Source: Nemertoderma westbladi (lineage: Eukaryota; Animalia; Xenacoelomorpha). From it: a DNA stretch of 64,000 bases. Shown here one piece after another: positions 26,096 through 37,223 of this stretch; within the stretch, counting starts at the first letter, position 1; each line of letters starts with the position of its first letter. Location of the stretch: positions 7,915 to 71,914 of the forward strand of contig JAUCBJ010007128.1 in assembly GCA_032718475.1 (NCBI GenBank). The letters are read 5' to 3'. A program made the translations under genes and the position numbers. The notes under the pieces were generated by a model. It had not been told where the DNA came from. It saw only the letters and a program-made list of their open reading frames with translations, and did no database searches.

Positions 26096-27004
26096 AAACC
26101 TTCCTTGACTGGCTGACAAGGTGGAAGTCTTCAAATAAAGCAGGGTTCACTTCGCAGACATTTTGAGCGCTCATACTAACAGTTGCTAACATAATTAAGG
26201 TCCTAGATTTGGTCTTCAACAAACTCGAATACCAATTATTTAACCTGGCTGTCCTTGGAGACGATGAAATTGAGTTACATTTGGGCAAATATCGCCAGAT
26301 GTCGGGAGGTCGCTTCCTTGTAAGTCTGCGGGAAGCCACTAACTCAAACAAGATAATTCAAATCAAAACAGCTCTACAATCCATCCAAGATGTCATTGAC
26401 TGCCTTGATAAAACTAATAGTGAAGATATACGACCAATAATTACGAAACTATCAGCAGATGATGATTTTGATATATTCGACGACGAATCTCTATTGATTA
26501 TTTCAGACGTGGCTGGATGGGCAGTTCTGTCAATTCCTAATTCAGATGCGTTGTGTTCATGTACCAGATGCGATCTACAATGATAAATCCCAATCAAGTT
26601 CCACGAATATTCGCTACATTTCGTTTCGTGACAGAGGGGGATTGTGTTTTCCGAGTGATGGATTTGTACATCTTTGCTGCAATATATTTCACATATTGAA
26701 AAAATCATATCCCTTGGTAAACAACAAGAACAAAGCGAGTCCAACATTACATAGACTACTAGTACAGCAAATAGATACCACTGAAGTTGTCTGCTCTGAA
26801 CACAGTGAGAAATTCAAACCAAAATTACTACAAAAACTGGTAAACGTTTTCCTTAAGGCTGAGGCTAGTCACAGGAAAGAAATTATTGATGAAGAGGAAA
26901 TGTATAAAACGGGACTGAATGGATTTAAAGCGCCACAGTTGTACAAGAAAAGACGGATTCTTTAGTCAGACATTTATCAAAATAACATCCATCCCTTTCA
27001 ACAC

Positions 27005-27590
27005 TGCCTGGCACTGGCCTGTCGTCTCTACTACCACTGCCACCCTGGCTGTTGTTTCTACTATCACTGCCACCCTGGTAGTTGTTTCTACTACCACTGC
27101 CACCCTGGCTGTTCACTGTACTACCACTGCCACCCTGGCTGTCGTTTCCACTACCTACCACGTTGCCACCCTGGTAGTTGTTTCTACTACCACTGCCACC
27201 ATGGCTGTTGACTGTACTACCACTGCCACCCTGGCTGTAGTTTCCACTACCTACCACGTTGCCACCCTGGTAGTTGTTTCTACTATCACTGCCACCCTGG
27301 CTGTTGACTGTACTACCACTGCCACCCTGGCTGTTGTTTCCACTATCTACCACGTTGCCACCCTGGTAGTTGTTTCTACTATCACTGCCACCCTGGTAGT
27401 TGTTTCTACTACAACTGCCACCCTGGCTGTTGACTCTACATCCATTGCCACCCTGGCTGTTGTTTCCACTACCTACCACGTTGCCATCATGGCTGTTGTT
27501 TCTACTACCACTGCCACGTTGCCACCCTGGCTGTCATCTTTACTACCACTGCCACCCTGGCTGGTGATTCTACAACCACTGCCACCTGGA
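27005..27590. repeat. Minisatellite with 30-bp unit, 36-bp variant and ~96-bp higher-order repeat
   Basis: Consensus CTACTACCACTGCCACCCTGGCTGTTGTTT. Both strands stay open (ORFs 26919..27632 + and 26925..27479 -). Confidence 0.9.
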
Positions 27591-27674
27591 GACTCTGCCA
27601 GCAATCAGAATAATAGGAGACTCGTATCTTGACAATCATCACTACTAGTGACAGCGGTACATCTTTGGAAATGG

Positions 27675-27728
27675 GGTGTCCAGTACTTGGCAGTACTGCT
27701 GAAGAGGCCTAAAGTCGGCCGAAACGCC
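27675..27728 (+). ncRNA. Type III hammerhead ribozyme
   Basis: GGUGU-C(cleavage after 27680)-CAGUACU-UGGC-AGUACUG-CUGAAGA-GGCC-UAAAGUC-GGCC-GAAA-CGCC. Full core (CUGANGA, GAAA, GUC), 7-bp stem I hairpin, 4-bp stem II, and 5-bp open stem III with one G-U pair. Confidence 0.85.
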
Positions 27729-28169
27729 GTTTCTATTAATGGTTTATTATTATTATACTGCATAAAGCATCAATTACATAGCCTCCCTATACATACTGTA
27801 TATATTACATTATATAAAGTAGGATATAATTAATTACTGTTTTCGACACATGTAGTGCCACAATCACTACAGTATACCACAATATTATATTTAATTATAA
27901 ATTGAATTGATATTAAATTGTATCAATAGGGGGGGAGAGAGTAATATATAAAACTAATAAAAGTGTCAAAAAGATTCTCACCAAGGATATTGAGTGCACC
28001 CTGTAATTTCTCTTTTATTTCATCCATAAAGAATAGGACATATTAGAATTACCGGAACACACTAAACATAATTAAGTAATACTATAAAGCACAAATTTTA
28101 TATATTGGTAAGTATATACGTAGATAAATAATTAATTAAATAATTCTAACACTTATAAATATAAGTAGA

Positions 28170-30875
28170 TTATGCTCGTAGGCGGCGATATGACTTATAA
28201 ATAACGGAAGTGCCTAGGCAGGAATATCGAATTGCACATAGAACTTCGTTATTCGACTCGAATACTCGCGAAAATAAGCTATGCAGGGCAAAGCGATGTA
28301 TATGAACAACAGAGGGGATTCCAAGGCTGACTAGCATCTTACTAGCACTATAATCAGGACCGCCAGGAATACGAAATAGTTTCTTTATTGATTTAGTAAG
28401 GGCTACTTTCAAACTATTAAAAACCCGCTGGCTGTAGTATGTATCAGCCCAGAGAGCATTACAATAAATATTGCAGCAATAGCTACGTAATAGTCTAACC
28501 TTAACTGCACTGCATCTCTGCATGAGAACAGTAATTGAATTTACGAATTATAATATTTGCACGAGAGTACAATGACCTTGTCTGAGCTTTAATATCGACA
28601 TCGTCGGAGAAATCCGACGTAATGAAATGTCCTAAATATTTAAATTTAGTAACTACTTCTAATACATTGCTACCAAGTCTAAAATGTGTACAAATTCTAG
28701 AATACTTCCTATAGCCGCTATGTAGAACAATAACCTTCGACTTTCTAGGGTTGAAATTAATGTTATTGCAGTTAGCGAAGTTACTACAAATATCAAGGAG
28801 CTGTTGTAGTGCAACTGGCGATGTACTAATCAAACCCAGGTCATCTGCGTAAATCAGATGGTTTAAACATTTATCTAATGTACACCCTAGTTGAGAGTCC
28901 GAAAGTTCGATACTCAGTCCATTAATGAAAACTGTGAATAATCTGGGTGATAAAATACTTCCCTGCATTACTCCATTTGTTCGATGAAATGGTTTGGAGT
29001 ACACCCCATCCCACTTTACATATATAATCTGATTTTTATACCAAAATAACAGTACTCTAAGAATAAATAATGGAATGCCGCGTTCATAAAGTCGCATAAA
29101 AAGGATCGATAGATCCACTGTATCAAATGCCGTAGCATTTAGGAATGCCACGTAAACATTCGATCCATTTAGTAAGTAATAATTAATGATCTCCTTAAGG
29201 GAGTATATGCATGTTTCTGTGCCAAGATTCTTTTTAAATCCGAATTGATTATCTGTCGTGTATAAACAATGATCAATTCTAGACAGAATGATTAATTCAT
29301 ACAGTTTACCAATAATACTTGCTAGAGATATGGGTCTATAATTATTCTCATCGGATTTGTCACCCGATTTGTCTTTCACAATTGGCACAGCTACTGCGGA
29401 GATCATGGATTTCGGGAGGAATCCATGGATATTAAAAGCACTAAAAAGCATTGATAAAAATACAATCACGGAATGAGGCCCGTGTATAATATGTTCAGCA
29501 AAAATACTGTCATTTCCAGCTGCCTTATGCTCTTTCAAATGTCGAACAGCTGTTATAACCTCGTCCACAGTAAAAATCATGTCGCGATTAAAATTTAGGT
29601 TACTAAACATCATATTAATTTTAGTAAAATCATATTTATTTGACACCGAATTAAAAATTCCATCGAAGTGATCCCCCCACATAGATGCTATATTAGCGGA
29701 ACCCGAGGCACCGCCGACTTTCGATGGGCAGGAACTACTGTACTGCGATTCACGTTTAATGTTCGACCAGAATGCATATGAGTCACCATTAGCAAGCGAG
29801 GTTGCGTGTTTATCCGCCCGTGCGATATTCACATCGCGTTTGCACCGCCGAAAAGCCCATTTAAACCGGGCTCTAGCGCGGATCATATTAACATGTATTG
29901 TACCGACTCGAGGACTGTTTGCATCTTTCCATTCTAGGAAAGCTTCCCTTGACTCCTGATAGAGAACTTTAACTGAATCGTTCCATCCTGGAATTCTTGG
30001 AGGAAATTTTGAATTGCTAGGGCTGGTACACGGGATAGTTTCAACAGCAGCTGCCGTCATTGCCGAAACGACCGAGGTGTAGATGTCGGATAAGCTATCC
30101 AGATGAACTGTACAGTGGGCGTCCCGGCAACCCAAACAGTTCCAGTCATATCTGATGTTCGCAAGTTTCTCGGTTGCAACTCGGCTATAATTATCCAAGT
30201 CGGCAATACTAGCTTTCTCCCACATTGGTTTACGAGGTTTAGCCATGCGATTTTCCGTGTCGGAGGACCCCATATTAGTTTTACAGTTAATATCAATATC
30301 CACAATAATCGGCATATGGTCAGAGGTTGAGGTATCATAGCTGATAGCTGTATCTGTGATTGACGCCTTCATTGCTACAGAAGCAACACAATGGTCAAGC
30401 CATGAGGTGCTTTTATATAACGGGTTTACGTATGTGAAGGAATTTGTTGGCAAATTCGACGTATCCATGATTTCCATACTGTTCTCAGCACACCAGTCAC
30501 CTAGTTCCTGAAAGAAACCTCTAGAGGGATCTGCATTGAAGTCGCCTATAATAGCTACTCTACTAAACGGTAGTGTATCAACTAGAGCATGTAGCTTCCC
30601 CAGACATTCCACATACTCATCGACGTTGGCCTGGCATTCCCAAGGAAGGTATACGTTTACCAATAATATATCATCACCCTGTTCATCTGCAACCTTAATT
30701 GCGAGATAGCGCGGGTCAGATGAATCCACCACCTCAACCGCATCGGATATGTCTTTCCTCCAAAATACGGCAAGGCCTCCATATGGTCTACCAACAAGAG
30801 TGCCTAGGCTGATATCGACTGGGGAGGATCCCTTAACATCAAAGTCCTTCGAAAGTGACTCAAGGAATGTAATGC
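28170..30875 (-). mobile_element. 5'-truncated APE-RT non-LTR retrotransposon (CR1/L2/Daphne-like ORF2), nearly intact
   Basis: Endonuclease motifs GRPYGG, IIGDFNA, WLDHC, SDHMPI. RT motifs NYRPISL, QFGF, GVMQGSILSP, YADD, FKYLG. One frameshift near 28510, continuing in ORF 28170..28523. Confidence 0.88.
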
Positions 30876-33000
30876 TGTAGCCCTCTAATACTTTCATTAA
30901 CCAACGCAATATCATCAGCTTATAGTAAGATGAAAAGTTTGACACCTACATCCAGCCCTGAATTCCACCATCCCGTAGTTCCGCCTCTAAATCATTAATA
31001 AATAATGCGAACAGAAGGGGACTCAGGCATTCCCCTTGTCAGACTCCTGCAAGACAGTCAAACTGCTTAGAGACTGAACTCTGAAATCGAACTTGAGACC
31101 TCACAGAGGCAGAACCATACATGTTCTGTATTACTGTATGAATTTTTCCAGAGAAACCAAGAGAAAGTAATTTTGACCAAAGTGCAGATCTATTGACAGA
31201 GTCGAATGCATTCTGGAAGTCTATGAATGCACAGCATATATTTTTTTGTTCGCTCTGTATTTTAAAAATGACTAAATAAAGCACTTAGAGTGGAAATTTA
31301 ATCAATGGTAGTCAATCCGTTCTAAACACGGCCTGGGCTTCGATAAGTACTCCGAAAGAATCAGCCCACAACTGAAGTCTGGAATTGATTAGGCTGGTAA
31401 ACAGTTTTCCAAAAATACTTAACAAAGAGATTCCCTGAAAGTTGTTGGGATCAAACTTACTACCTTTCTTCTTATATATTGGAACCAAATTAGCAGGGTC
31501 GGATTAAGGTTTTGGGGGCCCCCCATAGGCTAATGGTATAGTTGGGGCCCTAAAATTTTATTTTTCATAATTCTTGGCATAGGGCAGGCCGCCTAGCCTC
31601 ATCAGGCAAATTATGGGCATCTTTTAAATGGGAAACATTGTATTTTTTTATTCTAAAAATAACCAACATACTACTGTAGGGATATCATTTAGTATTAGTA
31701 TAATATGGTTTTTTAGTATTTAAAAGTATTTATAGTATTTTAATTAAGTAATTGGTTTACATGGGCTTTTTGAGAGCCTTTTGCTTAGGAAAATGAATCA
31801 AAAGTTTCGAAAATTTTCATTGATATCCCACAATGCGGGATCATTGCTAAAAGTGGGCATCAGCTAGTTCTGGTTCTTCCACAGTTTCATTAACTTCAGC
31901 ATCAGAAACTCCTCCCGTTTCAGCAGCAATTGTAGAACTTGGACTCGGGGAACATTCACAACCGGCAACTTCAGAACTGTTGCTACAGGCAGGCAGAGTC
32001 AGTATTAGAGATCAAAAAATAGTTGTCAATTTTGCCAGTTATCGCGTTTTCGTCAGAAGTTATTTTTCACTATCTTCACGTTTAGTTTTCGCAGCTCTTT
32101 TCTGTGATCCTGTCTGATATAATTGCGTCCAGACATTTTGTTCGTTAACTTGGTACTAATTACACTTCAAATTACAAGGGAATGGTATAATGACAAGACA
32201 ACAATTAAGAAAAATACAGATAGTGATAGAAAGTGAGACAGAGACGAGGCACTAGACAGTAAACAAACATGTACATGTATCTACTAAGAGTACAGGTACC
32301 GGTACCTGTTGTTTTCTTTAAAAGTATAAAAGTTTCACTTTCAATTTCAAAAATTTGGGGCCCTTAAAGTTTGGGGGGGAGGGGCAAGACTCAGCCTGGT
32401 TAGCCTATTGGTTAATCCGGCCCTGCAAATTAGCAAGACCCCAAGTAGAGGGGAAATAGCCTGAATTCAAAATAGAATTTAAAATAGAGGTAATGACAGG
32501 AAACAAACTTTCTGCACCCTTACTGAAAACCTCGCTTGAGCTTGGCGATCCCCCAGCTAACTTCCTCCTCTGAGAAATCATCACTTAAACGCAAGTCAAA
32601 AATCGCTTTGCTCTCAGCCAAGTTACTACTATGAGGACTGGATATACCACCTGTATCAATAAACTCAAAATTACTTTCTACATTAAGCTTACGGAAGTGT
32701 TCCTCAAACTGAGTAACACTGCAGCCTCCCTGAAGGATGTCATTAGAACCACTGGCAGACTTGAGAAGTGTCCAAAATTTATTTGATTCTGATATTTTAA
32801 ACTTAGTGAAGTGAGCCTTGATGATTCTAGGTGATTAAATAAATATTTTGCCCTACGCAATGCCCCAGCATACACACCCCTTGCAGCTGCAAGAGCTGCG
32901 TATGCAGTGGCACTTGGATTTGATTGCCAGCAGCTAAGCGAGACTCGAAAAACTCGCTTATACTGCACACAATTTTCATCATAACAAGGATTAGCGCAAG
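30876..33000 (-). mobile_element. Second, older degenerate LINE RT fragment
   Basis: AFIDFQNAFDSV, GV*QGECLSPLLFALFINDL and LL*ADDIAL (30900-30930). Interrupted by the hAT element. Confidence 0.7.
31494..32425 (-). mobile_element. Non-autonomous hAT element
   Basis: TIRs CAGGGTCGGATTAA and TTAATCCGGCCCTG. 8-bp TSD CAAATTAG (31486-93, 32426-33). Minus-strand remnant of a transposase N-terminus (MSGRNY..GSQKRAAKTKRE). Confidence 0.88.
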
Positions 33001-35996
33001 ACCTTTTAAATTCCGTAGCAGTGAGATCGTACTTCCATGATATTTTCTACTAAAGAATCTACTTGACCTTATGAGTAGAACCCACTGGAAGCACTGTCAA
33101 TAATTTTGTTTATAGTTGACTGCACACTCCGTTTTAAGTACATTTGAAAATTTCGCTGCTGTGCGAACATTCCAAATATTCTTAGAAGCGGTTAAATTTG
33201 GAGCACAGTCCTGTGGTGTCTCAGGAACAGAGTCTAACTTCATTAGCCCCCCCCCCCCACACGATTGTATAACGAAACACATTCATATACCCCCCCCCCC
33301 CCCCCCCCCCCCAAATAACAATCTAAATCAATGAATGGAAGTACACAGTAAATGACCACTAGAGAAAGTTGCGCACATCTATACAGACTCCATCACACCC
33401 ACACACACTTTTGGAAAACAGCCTTAGTATAATTATAACAGTTCGCTGATGGCTCGCAGTTTTGACTTGTAAAGGATTTCTCTTTGCTTCCGCACGACAA
33501 CACTCCCAAACGGCTTTTTTAGTATCTCAAAATAATTCCTCATGTTAATACACTTGGTTATTGTTTTGGTTTATCAGTGACAAGACTGACTTGAAAATAG
33601 CTCGCATAGTACAAGGCCCTTCAGTGACTTGTTATTTACGGACTTTCTCAACCGTTTCAAGATAGTACTAAAACACAGTGATTTATATTCTCCAGATGTT
33701 ATTAATGCTTCCTTTAGTATAAAAATAGTGTGCGCTATCTAACACCATAGAAAAACCTCTGGGAAGAGGGAAAAAGAGAAACCGGGTGAGGGGTGCTTTG
33801 GGTTTGTTAGTATCCAAAGTATAGCCTCGACAAATAATACAATCCAAACAATTGTAACCAAAAAAATAGTACAGAAATTACAGTATTTTAGTCGTTTCTG
33901 GTGCTAAAATACTCTGAAGAGATATAATACAAAAAGGTCTAAGATGTCAAAAGAAGTCTGAAAAGTTGTAATAAATTTGGTGCAGCTTCAAGCTATTGGA
34001 ACTTGGCAATAGTGCAGTGCAATACACCAGGTTACAGTCTGTGTCCAAACAGGGGTGGGACTGATTGGATGAAAATAGTTAGCTGCTACTATGTCCTACG
34101 ACTTAGAGGTTTGACTGCAGGTCGTCCCAATAAGTCTACGAGCAGAGTGCGCAATCACTACCGTAAACTGACAGAGTCAACTGTTCCCTGCGGGAACCTA
34201 CCCACGACCCTAAACCCCACTATTGCCAGGCGAGGCAAAGTGAGAATGGGGACAGTGTGGTCCAATTGCCGAGAAGCAGAGCCAAGATAGCGTTCGCCCC
34301 ACAGGGTGCACTTTGTGTCTCTGCTTTTAATTATGACTACTATTGACGGGATAGGTAGACCTATTCTTCAAGGTTACATAGACTTCCATCCATATCCCAA
34401 TCCCAATCGCACTATATAAGTACAACTAGTTATAAGTGGTAGGAGATGCAGGTGATTAATCATCTTTTAATTGATTAATATAATTCCGATATGATCGCAC
34501 ACATTTATTAATATCTAAATCATTATTATTTTTAATGTTATATATAATAACAAAGTTAAAATTAGCTCAATGGATATCAACACAAGTTAAACAGGGGCCA
34601 GTGGGGAAACTTTATATAATTTCATAATTACATAAAAATTAGAGAATCAATATCAGGAAAGTATCAGATTACAGTTGTACGCTATTCTACCCAAAACAAC
34701 TAGATATACGGTGTGTGGTGGTAATGAACAGCTATATATCTGCACCACCGTAGGCTACCCCTGGCAACTGCAGACGTTGTAAAAATGATGTGAGTGTTAT
34801 TCCTGTAATATCCGAAATTAGATGGCAAATAGCAAATTACATAGTAAAGTAAAGTACAGTAAGTAGGACTAGCTTGCTAAATACAGCCGATTTTCTCGTT
34901 GAAAAACTCAATAACTTTGTACTATTGTATTTTATTATTACTTTTTTCTGCTACTTTTCGCAAGAATATATGTAACCGATATGTAGCCAATTTTTTTTGA
35001 GGATATTTTTTAGCACTGTGTGTGCATGGCACACATGATATGTGTGCCCCTGTTTCATTCACATGATGTATCTATCTATTGTGAAGTCATTACATCGTGC
35101 AGTACCAATCGATCATTATTGAGTTGTTTCGCAAAGGGACCAACCCTCCCAAACAGAGCTATAACATTCTGCTGTTACCTTGTAGTTGGTTGGCACTTTC
35201 CTGTGAGAAGATTAACCCACACTGACAATACTACCAATGCAGTGCTGCTGCTGCAGGGTTGGGGGAAATACTATTTACAGTACATCAATAAAGGCAAGAA
35301 TATTTGTAAATGAAATCACCTAAACTGTATATCAGATAATACGAAAGGTAAATTATGAAATAAAACATAGGAAAAAAAACATGCACCAATAAATTACAAG
35401 ATTCTTTTTAAAATTGCAATACTTTTCATATGCCTGAACATCCTGATCAATCCCCCAGGGAAGGATCACTCCTGCACTGTTAGGTCATACTAGACCGCAC
35501 TCTGGGCACATTCCACTCTATGTATTGATTACATTAGTGCTTTACTTGAACTATTGCTCTTGTTTATAGTAATGCCTGGATGGAAAACATATGGAATATA
35601 TATGGCACGATAAATGGACGATAAATTATAGTCATTTGAAATATGAATTTTATAAATTTATTACATTGTATATGAAATCATAGTTAACTACAACTTTTAA
35701 CTTAACAATAATTAAAAGAAAAGATCATCCAAAATCAGAATCGCATTGAAACTAATAATTAACAAATAGCAATTTTGATACAATATTCTTAATATATATG
35801 TACATGTATATGTATATTCTTGATTAGACGATACCTTAAGCTGGTTCTATCATTAAAACGAATCTTATGTTAAAATAACTGCAGGTTTAAAAGTCCTAAA
35901 AAAAGCTATAATAATGTTCAGAAATGTTATTACAAATAAATGAGACCAAGTTGAAAGAAACACTACAGCTACCAATCCTAACAAGATCTAATCTGT

Positions 35997-37223
35997 TTAA
36001 TTTCTTCTTTTAAATATGTTGATATTAACAGCCTTTCGGAAACTTTCGACAAACATATACATGAGATAAAAGTTTAGACTGAATACAACCATAAGTATAT
36101 TATATATTTGAGCTGTAAAATTATTGATAACTACCATTTTTTCAAAAGCAGAAATTTCGTCTAATGTAGATTGATTATGTATATTTCTTGCCTTATTTTC
36201 GAGGTATCTTCTTGTAATATGCCAGATTAGAAAGGCGCAATCTTTGGTGCACATTAGTATTCCAGTAATGAGCATCATATTTACAGCGGCAGACATTTTA
36301 TGATTGGTTGGCGAATTTGGGTTAGCCCTCATTAACTTTCGTAACTTATAAATCATAAGACAATTTATAACAATCACTCCTACGATTTGAATGGTTTTTC
36401 TTATGGGAACAAAATACTTATGAAACTGATACGCCCTAATGAAGTGGACACTATATGAACCCCAATACATACATAAAGCCCAATATTGCTTTTCGCCATT
36501 CACATATCGAATTTCCCCCTTATATATAACTGCATAATGCCAGTACAAACATGCTGTGTATATAAATATAACTACTATTATACCATATATCATGTTATTA
36601 TTCTTTAATTTTGTATCCTTATACCATACCGGAAAATAAAGGGCTGCAATACGTTCTGCACCCATAATTAAGGTGAGTGTAGAATCTCCAAATTGTACAC
36701 ACCATGCAAATATAGGCCAATAACACTGGCATAACCATGAAACAACGTTATAACAATGAAGTTGCCAAATTGTATTGTTGTTTACTATCAATGAATCATA
36801 TTAAAAAAAAAACCACTCAGAATTCTGACCATGTTTTAGTAGTTGGCCAAATGAGATAAGAATATCGAAAACAGACTTTAACATCAACATTCTATAAAAT
36901 AAAGTATTGAATGATTTCTCCATCGCAATTGTTACAATAATTATTATATTTCCAATCAGACCAAATAAATTATATGTTGATATATATGGCGTTAGAATAA
37001 CATCTTCAATAAATATCAATGCATTGTGATAAGTCTCATATCCCTTTCTAATATCATCATAATAATCAGAATCGGGAATAAATTGATAATATTTGCTGTG
37101 CAGATTTGATTCGGTTGTGTCTCCATTAACTTTTGTGTTGAGGCCATTGGTAGCATCAGAAACAAAGATAAAAATACAACTAAAATATAATAACAATTGA
37201 ATGTGAAAGTTTGTTGCAAACAT
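35997..37223 (-). pseudogene. Single-exon class A (rhodopsin-like) peptide or chemosensory GPCR with one in-frame TAA
   Basis: Signal-peptide-like N-terminus, TM1 FGLIGNIIIIV, TM2 LKSVFDIL, TM3 IMGAERIAALYFP, TM7 SLNFYLMY...FRKA. ORFs 36801..37223 and 35997..36791 are in the same frame (EWFFF*YDSLIVNN). Confidence 0.8.

Larger units (their letters stand above)
19427..26965 (+). pseudogene. THAP-domain P-element-type transposase, degenerate, interrupted by the copia insertion
   Basis: THAP C-terminal half (RICKVHF...ESIPSIF) after a likely splice acceptor at ~19529. Core motifs VDEIY, FVTDG, DYNHLMKNTRNN, KQN and, beyond the copia, DDEIELHLGKYRQMSGG. Removing the copia and one AAACC restores the frame SDRQSFLQTFLDWLTRW. 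Several stops and frameshifts. Confidence 0.85.

Noticed and set aside
30876-30945. N-terminus of the 814-aa LINE ORF
   Set aside because: These bases are an out-of-frame read of the neighbouring older LINE (LL*ADDIAL), so the ORF start is chimeric.
20138-36803. Stop-codon reassignment suggested by in-frame TAA/TAG in several genes
   Set aside because: The affected TEs also have frameshifts and TGA stops. The intact copia ORF has no internal stops and ends at TAA.
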